Notes: generated from the letters alone by a model not told the origin. Positions 1-9,099 are shown, counted from the stretch's first letter. The stretch is 34,694 nucleotides of DNA from Pseudomonadota bacterium (GCA_043818055.1 JBDRGF010000162.1:1-34694); one strand, 5' to 3'. Program-made: numbers and translations.

Positions 1-123
1 TGCGGAGGGCTTCGACACCCGGATTACTCCGACCTGTCGCCTCCTTAGCTACATGTCGTATGGACAATTCACATGGTAAACTCCTTTCAGCTTACAAGTC
101 TGACCAGATTTATCCTGGCGCAC
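1..123 (-). mobile_element. Group II intron, 5' end (start of domain I), truncated by the window edge
   Basis: Minus strand from 123 reads GTGCGCCAGGATAAATCTGGTCAGACTTGTAAGCTGAAAGGAGTTTACCATGTG..., the GUGYG 5' consensus followed by domain-I-like sequence. It starts exactly where the REP hairpin at 124-192 is broken. Confidence 0.85.
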
Positions 124-192
124 CATTCTGAGCGAAGCGAAGAATCTTGTAATTTCGAAAACATAGGATCCTTCGCTTCACTCAGGATGACA
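124..192. repeat. TGTCAT...ATGACA REP-like hairpin missing its first 3 nt (intron insertion site)
   Basis: CATTCTGAGCGAAGCGAAGAATC ... GATCCTTCGCTTCACTCAGGATGACA form an imperfect inverted repeat; the left-arm TGT is replaced by intron sequence. Confidence 0.8.
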
Positions 193-244
193 CCTAAAAG
201 CAATTGCGACACAGTCTCTTTGCTCAGGATGACAGGGAAGGTTT

Positions 245-931
245 TTAGAGGCACCTTAATGGGAGTCCTGCAATTTTTTCAAGGCTCTCTAATAGGAACT
301 CCGGCTTTTCCTTCGCAAGTTCGTCAAATGAAAATGGACCGCTGGCGACAGCTATCATCCGAAAACCATTTTGACGACATGCGATAATGTCCCGCGGCGT
401 ATCGCCAATGACAAATACTGCATCGTTTGGAATGGCTGTTTTCACAGCACTTTCAGCCTTTTGCTTTGCTATGGCGAGGATCTTATCACGTTCTTCACAA
501 TCGGAGGCAAACCCGCCGAACTCAAAATATTCATTTAACCCCGCGCGTTCGAGCTTGATGCGAGAACCCCTTTCAAGATTTCCTGTTGCAAGGGCCAGGA
601 TATTTCGTTCATCGGTTTTAAGATAATCGAGACATTCAAACACACCTTTCAACACATGATAATTTTCAGACTCTTTTACCTCCTGAGGAAGTAATCTTAA
701 GTATTCTTCCAGAACCCGATCGACCTCTGATCGTGGCACATCATCCCTCTTCAAAAAGCCCTTTAGGATTTCCCGGACTATTATGGGATCAGTCTTGCCG
801 TGCGGCATTATCGCGCTCATCACATCATCGACGCCATATAGGTTTTTGATAGCGCGCGTGAGCGATCTGTCACCTGCGTCCCCTGTCCAGACGAGCGTTC
901 CATCTATGTCGAAAAGAAAGAGTCGATGCAT
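245..931 (-). CDS. HAD-family hydrolase (phosphoglycolate phosphatase-like)
   Basis: Motif I LFDIDGTL, motif II ATGN, motif IV IGDTPRD; 228 aa. Confidence 0.9.
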   Translation of the reverse strand: MHRLFLFDIDGTLVWTGDAGDRSLTRAIKNLYGVDDVMSAIMPHGKTDPIIVREILKGFLKRDDVPRSEVDRVLEEYLRLLPQEVKESENYHVLKGVFECLDYLKTDERNILALATGNLERGSRIKLERAGLNEYFEFGGFASDCEERDKILAIAKQKAESAVKTAIPNDAVFVIGDTPRDIIACRQNGFRMIAVASGPFSFDELAKEKPEFLLESLEKIAGLPLRCL

Positions 932-1070
932 ATTCTCAGCTCTTTACAGTCGCGCGATTCCAAAGTCAAACTGAGATCGATTTAAAAGCATCGGTCGCCT
1001 AATCTGATTGTATTAATTAAAAAATTACAATTTCCTCGACAGGTGGGCTTTGAATTGGTAATTTGTTGAT

Positions 1071-1280
1071 ATGAAGAAGAAGAAGAAGATAGTTATGGCA
1101 AGACTTGTAAAACTCAAAGATGCTGATGACAGCTTCGATCTGGAATTCTGGCAAAAAGTTGGGGTGGCAGGTATTTTTGCCGCTATGTGGGAAATGGTTT
1201 ACGAATACCATAAGTCAAAGGGGGATTATGACCGTTCACCGAGACTTCAAAGACATGTTGAAGTGCTTAAACGCCGTTAA
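1071..1280 (+). CDS. Small protein, likely partner (antitoxin-like) of the downstream nucleotidyltransferase
   Basis: 69 aa with DLEFWQ...PRLQR, overlapping the nucleotidyltransferase start. Preceded by TCGACA-17-TAATTT only 6 nt before the ATG. Confidence 0.65.
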   Translation: MKKKKKIVMARLVKLKDADDSFDLEFWQKVGVAGIFAAMWEMVYEYHKSKGDYDRSPRLQRHVEVLKRR

Positions 1281-1692
1281 AGCTAGATATTTATTGGTCG
1301 GGGCATATGCGGTATCTGCTTATACTGAGCCTCGTTATACAAAAGACCTGGATATTTGGGTTGATGCGAGCCCTGATAATGCAAAAAAAGTATACGAAGC
1401 ACTGAAGATGTTTAAAGCACCGTTAATCAATGTTACTGAAAATGATTTTTCTGAACCCGGGCTTGTATATCAAATTGGAGTGGAACCTGTACGAATAGAT
1501 ATTCTTATGAGTATTTCTGGTGTCACCTTTGATTCTGCATGGAAACACAAGACAAGAGAATCTTTTGGAGATACTTTTGCTCATGTTATTGGCATGGATG
1601 ATCTTATAAAAGCAAAGGAAGCTGCTTCCAGGCCAAAGGATAAAATTGATTTAAAACAGCTCAAGAAGAAAAAGACAATACAACTAAAATGA
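1228..1692 (+). CDS. Nucleotidyltransferase (DUF6036/MNT-like)
   Basis: YLLVGAYAV...PRYTKDLDIWV, RIDIL and LIKAKEAASRPKDKID motifs. Start moved to ATG 1228, behind GGGGG. Confidence 0.85.
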   Translation: MTVHRDFKDMLKCLNAVKARYLLVGAYAVSAYTEPRYTKDLDIWVDASPDNAKKVYEALKMFKAPLINVTENDFSEPGLVYQIGVEPVRIDILMSISGVTFDSAWKHKTRESFGDTFAHVIGMDDLIKAKEAASRPKDKIDLKQLKKKKTIQLK

Positions 1693-1742
1693 TGGACAAA
1701 TTGTCGTAAATTGGCTAATTAGCCGAGCTGAATTTAAAATAT

Positions 1743-1818
1743 GGTGGCTGTAGTTCAGCGGTAGAGCGCCAGGTTGTGGTCCTGGTTGTCGTGGGTTCGA
1801 ATCCCATCAGCCACCCCA
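1743..1818 (+). tRNA. tRNA-His (GTG)
   Basis: G-1 plus acceptor stem GTGGCTG/CAGCCAC, anticodon arm CCAGG-TTGTGGT-CCTGG, T arm GTGGG-TTCGAAT-CCCAT, C discriminator and encoded CCA. Confidence 0.97.
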
Positions 1819-1858
1819 GAATAAAAGAGAGACCCTTTGGGTCTCTCTTTTATTTTGG
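1816..1858 (+). terminator. Long hairpin, probable intrinsic terminator after tRNA-His (type T1; repeated at about 3190-3232)
   Basis: AATAAAAGAGAGACCC-TTT-GGGTCTCTCTTTTATT. Confidence 0.8.
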
Positions 1859-1963
1859 AATGACTTCGGGATTCGAAATGGACCGAAGGTCCAATGTTCG
1901 ACGACCAACCTTCAGAATGGTTTATCCAATAGTTGAAGTGTCGGTGCGGTTTTGCACCGACGC

Positions 1964-2092
1964 CCCATCAGCCACCCCAGAAATAAGAAACCCTGTCGAA
2001 AGACGGGGTTTCTTGTTTCTGATGTGAATTATGGATTCGAAGTGGCCCCGAATGGCCAATGTTCGACGACCAACCTTCAGAATGGTTTATCC
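1964..2092 (+). repeat. tRNA-His 3'-end copy 2, hairpin T2 and GGATTCGAA...GTTCGACGACC motif
   Basis: CCCATCAGCCACCCCA is identical to tRNA 1803-1818. It is followed by AAGAAACCCTGTC-GAAA-GACGGGGTTTCTT and the motif also seen at about 1870-1927. Confidence 0.9.
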
Positions 2093-2210
2093 TATAAGTG
2101 ACAACCCTGTTAGAGTAAGCCTCTGACGGGTTTTTGCTGTTTATGGAGACAGGAGATGGACCTGAAGCTTAAGTCTTCTAAAGGGGTCACCCATTTGTTG
2201 CCATAATCAG

Positions 2211-3020
2211 TTATTTTACTTGAACCGTTTCGTTAACCTCTAAAAAAGTTAATACAACTTTGGCGAATTCGGCAGGTGCTTCGTTAATCAAAGTGTGTGT
2301 TCCATTCTTAAATTGAACCAACCATGCTCCCGGAATGGTAGAAGCCAAGGTCTTTGAGCTTTCAACTCCTACAATGGTATCCCCGGTTCCAACTAAAAGC
2401 ATAACAGGATTGGTGATGGAGGCTAGTTTGTTCAATGGGGTTTTCCAGTGGGTTGTAACTTCTATTTGTCGCAAAACAATGGGGTCGTCAGACACCTTAC
2501 CCTTCAAGGTGTTGGCAACATTAGCTCCATCTGTTGAAGTTGCATAAATAATCGCCTTATTCACTCGTTGAGGATATTCAAGTAATAATTCTTGCGTGAT
2601 AACGCTACCCATAGAGAAGCCAAGAACATTTGTTTTGTCCACTCCAAGAGCATCAAGAAGACCGATCACATCATCCGCAAACAAATTATATGTGAATTTT
2701 TCATCACCGGCTGTTGTGTATCCCAGACCTCTATTGTCCATAATGATCAACTGATACTTTTTTGATAACTCTCCGATGACTTCATGAGACCAGCTTTTCA
2801 TTGTCCCACCCAGCCCCATGATCATGACAAGTGGTTTGCCTGAACCGATCAATTTATAACCTATTTCTATACCATTCGCATGAGTTTGATATATTGCATT
2901 GCCTTGATTATCTGAGCCGATTTTCTTGCCTGTTGGTTTGATATCTTGGTTTGATATACAAGAGCAGCTGATAGCCAATAATGCCAACAGTAAAAAAGAT
3001 AGGTAGGTTATTTTTTTCAT
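2211..3020 (-). CDS. Alpha/beta hydrolase, probable lipoprotein
   Basis: Nucleophile elbow GFSMG, IMGLGG oxyanion loop, DNRGLG, C-terminal GTH; signal peptide ending LAISC. Confidence 0.9.
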   Translation of the reverse strand: MKKITYLSFLLLALLAISCSCISNQDIKPTGKKIGSDNQGNAIYQTHANGIEIGYKLIGSGKPLVMIMGLGGTMKSWSHEVIGELSKKYQLIIMDNRGLGYTTAGDEKFTYNLFADDVIGLLDALGVDKTNVLGFSMGSVITQELLLEYPQRVNKAIIYATSTDGANVANTLKGKVSDDPIVLRQIEVTTHWKTPLNKLASITNPVMLLVGTGDTIVGVESSKTLASTIPGAWLVQFKNGTHTLINEAPAEFAKVVLTFLEVNETVQVK

Positions 3021-3181
3021 TATTCGTGTTCCCCTTATTGAAGTTCAGAATATTAAAATCGTCTAAGAATATCTATGTGATGATCATCTAATTTATTCAA
3101 ATATCAGATTTGTTTGTCTTAAGCTATCATTTTCCGCGCAAGCAGTTCTCCTCCAAAGGCGGACAAATAAAATCGTCCAGC

Positions 3182-3446
3182 CAGCCACCCCAAAATAAAA
3201 GAGAGACCCTTTGGGTCTCTCTTTTATTTTGGAATGACTTCGGGATTCGAAGTGGCCCCGAAGGGCCAATGTTCGACGACCGAGGGCAAAGGATGAGCGA
3301 AGCGAATCAAGCCCGAGGAAGTGTCGAAGCAAGGCGAGACCGACCAACCACCAGAATGGTTTATCCAATGCTGAAGTGTCGGCGAGGGTTTGTTCGCCGA
3401 CGCCCCACCGTGTCCTGAGGTTCTCGAAGGATCAGCCACCCCAGAA
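3182..3446 (+). repeat. tRNA-His 3'-end copies 3 and 4 enclosing the long form of the tRNA-linked repeat
   Basis: CAGCCACCCCA at 3182-3192 followed by T1 and the motif, near-identical to 1808-1979; ATCAGCCACCCCAGAA at 3431-3446. Confidence 0.9.
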
Positions 3447-3542
3447 ATTTTGCGACAGTAAAATTTTCCCGATATACGATACACGCTATTCGGAGTGCTG
3501 CAAAATTCGTATATTGTTCGTCGAGTAAAAGGCCTTTTTTAC

Positions 3543-3586
3543 TTCCTCCTTGCCCACCGACGTTTTGGTGGCGAGCATTCTTCCAT
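3543..3586 (+). repeat. About 43-bp TGCCCRCC...TTTTGGTGG repeat, copy 1 (others at 8201-8243 and 9186-9227)
   Basis: Three direct copies of TTCYYCC(T)TGCCCRCCGAYRTTTTGGTGG...ATT...TCCAT. Confidence 0.8.
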
Positions 3587-3689
3587 TTTCAAAGCACAAA
3601 GATGAAGTCATTGTAGGAAAGAATTGTAAGTTAGAATAATACAATGTATGTTGTCCGACATAATGACTTTGATTTGAAAGAAGGTGTGG

Positions 3690-4808
3690 ATGAATTATGT
3701 AACTTTCGAAAAAAAATGTCTGGTTGTCGTATTTGCCATAATTATCTGTTGTATCGGTTGCGCTTCTTCAGACGATGATGACTTTGTTGTCGCCGCGGAT
3801 CTGCAGGAAAGGAACGATGCGCTGAAATTGCTCTTCACCGAGAACATGTATAACACGATAACAGAAAAATCCCGCAACAATCTGGACTGCAGGGAATCCA
3901 ACCGCGCGACCTTGGGCCTCTCTGATCTTCCGAACGGAGAGTGGTATTACACTTACGATAATTTGATCGCGGGAATGGCCAAGATGGAACAGTTCGCCAG
4001 CGAAGGGGATGACAATACGAACAAGCTTGAGATCGCCGCATTTCTTGCAAACATAGCACAGGAGACCGGCACAGGGATCGATCTTGACCCGACGTATGGA
4101 GGCCCCGGTTGTTTCATCCAGGAGGTCAATCAGTACGGCAGCACTGCTTACAACAGCTCAGCCTGTGGCATAGATTATACCTGCGCAGCGGCCGGATACA
4201 TCGGAAGAGGCCCGCATCAGCTTTCATGGGATACCAACTATAAATCGTTCGGTGAGACGATGGGTGTCGGGTTAGAATATGTGACCGATCCCGACATTCT
4301 TACAAAGGACCACGAGATCGGCATTGCCGGATCGATATGGTTCTGGGGGCATGCGGAACATGCCAGCGGATGGCCCTCGAATATTCCCTATAAACCATCG
4401 GCCCACAACGTGATCGTCAGCAAATGGACTCCGACAGATCGCGATGTGACTTGCGGAAGAACACAGGCAGGCCTTGGCATCATAACCAACATTATCAACG
4501 GCGGCCTCGAATGCGGCAATAGATCTTCGGCTGTAGGACGCGAAAATGCTGCGAAACGCGTCACTTACTTCAACAATATTGCCGCAGTGATGGGAGTAAC
4601 GGTGCCGGACGGCTGGGCCGACAATTGCACGGGACAGCAGGACTTTGAGGAATGCCCCTCGTACAGAAACCTGACCCCGACCACGCGATGCGGGCTCAGC
4701 TGGGCGGAGGCCCAATCGAAGTGCGGGACATACTGTCAATCCGATGTTGATTGTTCCAACGATGAGAAATGTTTCGCGAATCTCAGCAGAACCCCCTGCC
4801 CGAATTGA
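3690..4808 (+). CDS. Glycoside hydrolase family 19 chitinase, lipoprotein with a C-terminal Cys-rich domain
   Basis: [44 protein letters not shown] and [10 protein letters not shown] motifs; lipobox-like IGC. Confidence 0.92.
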   Translation: MNYVTFEKKCLVVVFAIIICCIGCASSDDDDFVVAADLQERNDALKLLFTENMYNTITEKSRNNLDCRESNRATLGLSDLPNGEWYYTYDNLIAGMAKMEQFASEGDDNTNKLEIAAFLANIAQETGTGIDLDPTYGGPGCFIQEVNQYGSTAYNSSACGIDYTCAAAGYIGRGPHQLSWDTNYKSFGETMGVGLEYVTDPDILTKDHEIGIAGSIWFWGHAEHASGWPSNIPYKPSAHNVIVSKWTPTDRDVTCGRTQAGLGIITNIINGGLECGNRSSAVGRENAAKRVTYFNNIAAVMGVTVPDGWADNCTGQQDFEECPSYRNLTPTTRCGLSWAEAQSKCGTYCQSDVDCSNDEKCFANLSRTPCPN

Positions 4809-5025
4809 TGAACGGTGAGTACAGAGACATCCCATCGACTGAAAATGATTGAATATTATAATACTCCTTTTTAACGATTTCACCGTTCCACCAATATCTA
4901 GATGGCCCTTTGATAATAAAAGAACCCGCTACGAGTCGTTTCTTTACGAGAACATCAGATATGCTGTTCGCTTCGTTTCTATCAACAGCGCTGATAGTTA
5001 CCTGACAGTAATTGTTATCACTCAT
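4783..5025 (-). pseudogene. cutA: Truncated CutA divalent-cation tolerance protein
   Basis: EANSISDVLVKKRLVAG...SRYWWNGEI matches the CutA N-terminal half. The HxYxxPxI C-terminus is absent and the ORF runs into the end of the chitinase gene. Confidence 0.75.
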
Positions 5026-5029
5026 TTTT

Positions 5030-5947
5030 TTACCTCCCTGAGATTGCTAAAATAGTATTATTGAGTCTATCTATGAAATTTTCTTCAAACTTTGTTTTCA
5101 ATAAACTTTCATATTGAGCAGCGGTATATCGATATGAAATTGCTGCTATAATTTTATCACCATCTTTGACACCATGAGCCTTTAGTTTTGGGGGAACTCT
5201 TTTCAAAGTAAAGGCCGTTTCTATGCGTTGATTTCGGAATGAAACAGCGTATTCAACTTGGTTATCAACTAGTCCCAAAATTGACAGAGGTGCAAACACG
5301 AATTTCCGGGCATTATTGGTCTTATAGCCCTCCATCAGACGTTCAACATCAATGTCACCAATGCATTCAATGGCCGATAAGCAAACATCACTTTTATGTG
5401 ATGCACAGTCAGCTAGTAACTTGAGAATATATTCAGAATCAAAATTCATAAAAGTCAGACCAATTATGATGAGTTTTGGGTAGTCAATACCAGCTTTTCT
5501 GATAGCCTCAGCAGTATTTTCAAATAGCATCTTTTTAGCATACGATTCTTCTACACCTCTTCTTGCAATTGCATCCCGAGCGATTTTACAAAAATGATCG
5601 TTAACATCTATAGCCCAATATTGAACGCTCTTTCCTCTAGCCAATAAAGTGTCAATTATTGAAAAAGTTTTCGATGGATAGCCAGGTCCGAGATCTACGA
5701 TGAGAATCGAATCATCCTTAAAATAATCTACAAGTCTCTCAGAGTTGTTTTTTATAAGAATCTCAGCTGGATCGTGAAATCTTGAGGTATATCTATCATC
5801 TCCCATCAGCTCTAAGTACAGTTTCCCCTGAGAATCTGTTAAATACAGGTTTTTGGGATTGTAGAAGTTCCATACACCAGGCCTCTCAGGATCAAGAACA
5901 AGATCTTCTAAAATATCTTTTTTGGTCAGATCGGTGGGAATTACCAT
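5030..5947 (-). CDS. EgtD-like (Methyltransf_33) SAM-dependent methyltransferase
   Basis: PKNLY...G..LY.ELM...RY....E..IL, IVDLGPG...KT, YWAIDVN, GLTFMNF and ISYRYT. Start probably ATG 5947. Confidence 0.8.
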   Translation of the reverse strand: MVIPTDLTKKDILEDLVLDPERPGVWNFYNPKNLYLTDSQGKLYLELMGDDRYTSRFHDPAEILIKNNSERLVDYFKDDSILIVDLGPGYPSKTFSIIDTLLARGKSVQYWAIDVNDHFCKIARDAIARRGVEESYAKKMLFENTAEAIRKAGIDYPKLIIIGLTFMNFDSEYILKLLADCASHKSDVCLSAIECIGDIDVERLMEGYKTNNARKFVFAPLSILGLVDNQVEYAVSFRNQRIETAFTLKRVPPKLKAHGVKDGDKIIAAISYRYTAAQYESLLKTKFEENFIDRLNNTILAISGR

Positions 5948-6104
5948 GATGATCTGCTTACAGAAAATAAGAATAAGAGGCAAGTTGATTTCAGTTATAC
6001 GGCTATTTCCATACACACAGTTCTATACGTAGCCGTTGAGCAGAAGGTGCGAAGCGGATTCTGTGATTACGGATACGGATCCCCGGAGGGGAAAATTGTC
6101 CATC

Positions 6105-6209
6105 CAGCCACCCCAGAAATAAGAAACCCTGTCGAAAGACAGGGTTTTTTGTTTCTGATGTGAATTATGGATTCGAAATGGACCGAAGGTTCAATGTTCG
6201 ACGACCAAC
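6105..6209 (+). repeat. tRNA-His 3'-end copy 5, hairpin T2 and conserved motif
   Basis: CAGCCACCCCAGAAATAAGAAACCCTGTCGAAAGACAGGG...GGATTCGAAATGGACCGAAGGTTCAATGTTCGACGACCAAC, near-identical to the unit starting at 1969. Confidence 0.9.
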
Positions 6210-6327
6210 AACATATCGTTCACCGAAGACAAACAATTTAATACTGAAGTGTCCGATGTGAAATATCCAAAAAAACCTTTCTATACAATTTGCCTTTTTT
6301 TCAAAATACGGTAATTAACATGTACCT

Positions 6328-7266
6328 ATGAAACCAAATTACGAAAAAATTGGAGTTAAAATCTCGATTCTTGGAAGCGGATTGCTTTCACTTAGCGCTG
6401 TCATAATGGCTTTAGTAGCTAAATCTCAAGCAATCTTATTGGATGGTTTATATACGTTCATCACTCTCGCAATGGCTTTTATTTCACTAAAAGTAATAAA
6501 TTTAGTTGAAACTCCCGAAACAAAAACCAGACCCTTTGGCTATATGGCGCTCGAACCATTTCTCAATTTAACAAAAAGTTTGGTGATCTTGACCCTCTTA
6601 ATTGTATTTCTTGTAACAAATATACAGGAGATATGCACTGGCGGAAGAATAATATCCCTTGATATGACAACTCTTTATATTTTCATATGCCTTATTATCT
6701 ATGGCATCATAATATTATTTCTTAAAAATTACAAAAAAAGAACAAACTCAAGCATACTCGCGCTTGAGATAAAAAATTGGTATGTAGATGCATTGATCAC
6801 GCTGGGAATCGCTATCTCTCTCATAATTGCCATGATCGTTCTCCGTATGGGTCATACGAAAATACTACCGTATATCGATCCTATAATTGTAATTGCACTG
6901 ATCGTCGTATCTTTTCCTGTCCCTTTAAAAGCATTTTTGATTGCGCTTAAAAGGCTACTTTTAGTCTCTTCTGAAAATAGCATTGAGGTCGAAGCGAAAA
7001 ATCAGATACGTGATCTCATATCTAAATACGGTTTGGTCGATACCAGAATCTGGGGACTCAAGAGCGGAAGGACTCATTACCTCTTTGTATATTCAGGTCT
7101 AAAAGAAGAGAATACGACAATCACACATCTCGATGAAATCAGGGCCGAGATATTCAAGGAGCTTTCAAAACTCTATCCAAAGTTTTGGGCAGACATCATG
7201 TTTACTTCAATCAATCCAGAAAATCCTTTTCCAATATCTAAAACTATTCCGGACAATGAAAAATAG
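6328..7266 (+). CDS. Cation diffusion facilitator (CDF) family transporter
   Basis: Six hydrophobic segments; SQAILLDGLY, RPFGY..LEP, NWYVD and YIDP; soluble C-terminal domain. Confidence 0.88.
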   Translation: MKPNYEKIGVKISILGSGLLSLSAVIMALVAKSQAILLDGLYTFITLAMAFISLKVINLVETPETKTRPFGYMALEPFLNLTKSLVILTLLIVFLVTNIQEICTGGRIISLDMTTLYIFICLIIYGIIILFLKNYKKRTNSSILALEIKNWYVDALITLGIAISLIIAMIVLRMGHTKILPYIDPIIVIALIVVSFPVPLKAFLIALKRLLLVSSENSIEVEAKNQIRDLISKYGLVDTRIWGLKSGRTHYLFVYSGLKEENTTITHLDEIRAEIFKELSKLYPKFWADIMFTSINPENPFPISKTIPDNEK

Positions 7267-7354
7267 CGAGATGAAGGACATGATGTGGAATTTATCTTGG
7301 CATGATTCCTAGAATGAAGTATATATTATATCATCAAATAAAAAACTTGGGGGG

Positions 7355-8146
7355 ATGACCATGAAATCTATGAATAGAATAGTATGTGTTGGTGTGCTGT
7401 TGATGTACGTGCTGTTGGTGTCCGCATGCGGCAGCGGGAGCAGCAATGGTGGAGGCGGTACAGGAGCGACGCTCACCGGCACTGTCAACAACTTCACCGC
7501 AACATTGGCAGTAGAGAAGAAGTCCCTATTTGCTCAGATCAAGGATTTTTTCCTATCCAAGGCATCCGCCCAAACCGCTGGTATAACGGTTTCGGTGGGC
7601 AGTTTGTCGACCACGACGGATTCAAGCGGCCATTTTACACTCAGCGATATTCCGGAAGGTAGTTCGACCATCACGTTCACACAGGGTGGCAACAGCGCCA
7701 CTTATACGTTGGCAGGCGTAGCTGCAGGAGAAACATTTACACTCAACGATATTGATATTGTTGGCTCAGCGGTATCAACTGCACACACCGGAACCTGGAC
7801 GGGAATCATGACAATGAATATATTTACGGATACACCGGTAGATGTTGCGTTTACGTTAACAATAGCTGCCGGCGGGAATTCTATAAGCGGAAACATGTTC
7901 ATAGACGAGGGAGGGTTAGGGGAAGTTGGCACATTTTCTGGAACTGAGACTGGAACAATACTAGATGCCAGATGGGCTAACACGGTTCCGGATAGTGAGG
8001 GCTGTATTTTATCAGGTCCTTTGACCGGCACCTTTGATGGAAACACCTTAACAGGAAACGAACCCATCGATGATGCAGGCAGTTGTCCCCTGCAGCCCGG
8101 GGATGATGATCCGGATAGCCATCCCTTCACACTTACCAAACAGTAG
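7355..8146 (+). CDS. Lipoprotein with a carboxypeptidase-regulatory-like beta-sandwich
   Basis: Lipobox VSAC, G/S linker, TTTDSSGHFTLSDIPEG motif; GGGGG RBS. Confidence 0.7.
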   Translation: MTMKSMNRIVCVGVLLMYVLLVSACGSGSSNGGGGTGATLTGTVNNFTATLAVEKKSLFAQIKDFFLSKASAQTAGITVSVGSLSTTTDSSGHFTLSDIPEGSSTITFTQGGNSATYTLAGVAAGETFTLNDIDIVGSAVSTAHTGTWTGIMTMNIFTDTPVDVAFTLTIAAGGNSISGNMFIDEGGLGEVGTFSGTETGTILDARWANTVPDSEGCILSGPLTGTFDGNTLTGNEPIDDAGSCPLQPGDDDPDSHPFTLTKQ

Positions 8147-8262
8147 GTACGAACCGGATAGTAAAAAATATTAGCCAACAAAAATTGCCGCAGACAATTC
8201 TTCCTCCTTGCCCGCCGATATTTTGGTGGTGGGAATTTTCCATCATCACCCTCGTGCTTCTT

Positions 8263-9099
8263 CTACGATTTCTTCTTCAACAATCTTCTGTTCTCCGGCT
8301 CTTTGAGATAGTTGTTATTTGAGATGACAGGACGTTTGATTTCTTTTTCGAGTTTTTGCCTTGCGCCACCCGCAATATCTCCGCCTCGTTTCGCATCATG
8401 TTGCAGTTTCGGCATACCCTTCGAGTCCTCGACTTTTGTGATTTCCGTTGTAGCCCGCTCTCCTAACATGTTGAAAATAAGTTCGAGATCGTTCATGTGG
8501 TCGCGAAGATTTTGTCTGTCCAGTCCTTTGAAATCTTTGTATTCAGATGGCGTCATTCCAAAAGTCGCCTTCGAAATTTCGGCAGTCAAGATCGCGTAAT
8601 CCCGCTCATCTTCTGCACCACGCTTATTCCATTCGTCAGTCAGCTCTTCGCGAATGGCAATCCCACGCATCCGCTTTTCTATCCAGTCATCGGAATATCC
8701 CTTTGCTTTGTAAAGTGCCCTTGTTCTTTTTGTTCCAAGCTCCGGATCCTCAATCTCCTGGATTCTTTCATATCCTACACTTGCGAGCCATCTCTTGAAG
8801 GGCTCTGCTTTCGGAGAAGGAATGGATTGAACTATGCGAAACATCGTCTCTGTATTAGCACAGTCCGTTTCGTAGAATTTGCTATCTGACGATGCTAATT
8901 TCAGTTGTACGATTTTATCGTACAACTCACCAAACCCTTCGTTTTCTTTGAGGTTTCGCTTTAAGTCTGACCAATAACGCCTTGGATTTGCACTTTCGGT
9001 CAGAACCTCAACAACATCAATCACCGAAAACCACCACTCCTTGTTGTGTATGGCCTTCCTCACCCGTTTTCCCTTGAATATCGCAATTTTTGTTTGCAT
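8263..9099 (-). CDS. Bro-N domain protein (phage antirepressor-like)
   Basis: WWFSVIDVV, PRRYWSDLK, FRIVQSIPSPKAEPFKRWLA, YKAKGYSDDWI and NLRDHM. Start ATG 9099 behind GAGGAGG. Confidence 0.9.
   Translation of the reverse strand: MQTKIAIFKGKRVRKAIHNKEWWFSVIDVVEVLTESANPRRYWSDLKRNLKENEGFGELYDKIVQLKLASSDSKFYETDCANTETMFRIVQSIPSPKAEPFKRWLASVGYERIQEIEDPELGTKRTRALYKAKGYSDDWIEKRMRGIAIREELTDEWNKRGAEDERDYAILTAEISKATFGMTPSEYKDFKGLDRQNLRDHMNDLELIFNMLGERATTEITKVEDSKGMPKLQHDAKRGGDIAGGARQKLEKEIKRPVISNNNYLKEPENRRLLKKKS

Noticed and set aside
1776..3484. ORFs 1776-2027, 3093-3368, 3110-3418 and 3224-3484
   Set aside because: They are translations of tRNA and repeat sequence.
5990..6045. Possible attC site (GTTATAC, GTTGAGC, CGGCTA/TAGCCG)
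   Set aside because: I could not build paired R and L boxes; there are no recurring attC sites and no intI in the window.
1803..6209. CRISPR array or additional tRNA genes
   Set aside because: Spacing is irregular and only the last 11-16 nt of the tRNA are repeated; there are no D or anticodon arms.
8263..9099. Prophage
   Set aside because: Bro-N is alone, with no structural, replication or integrase genes.
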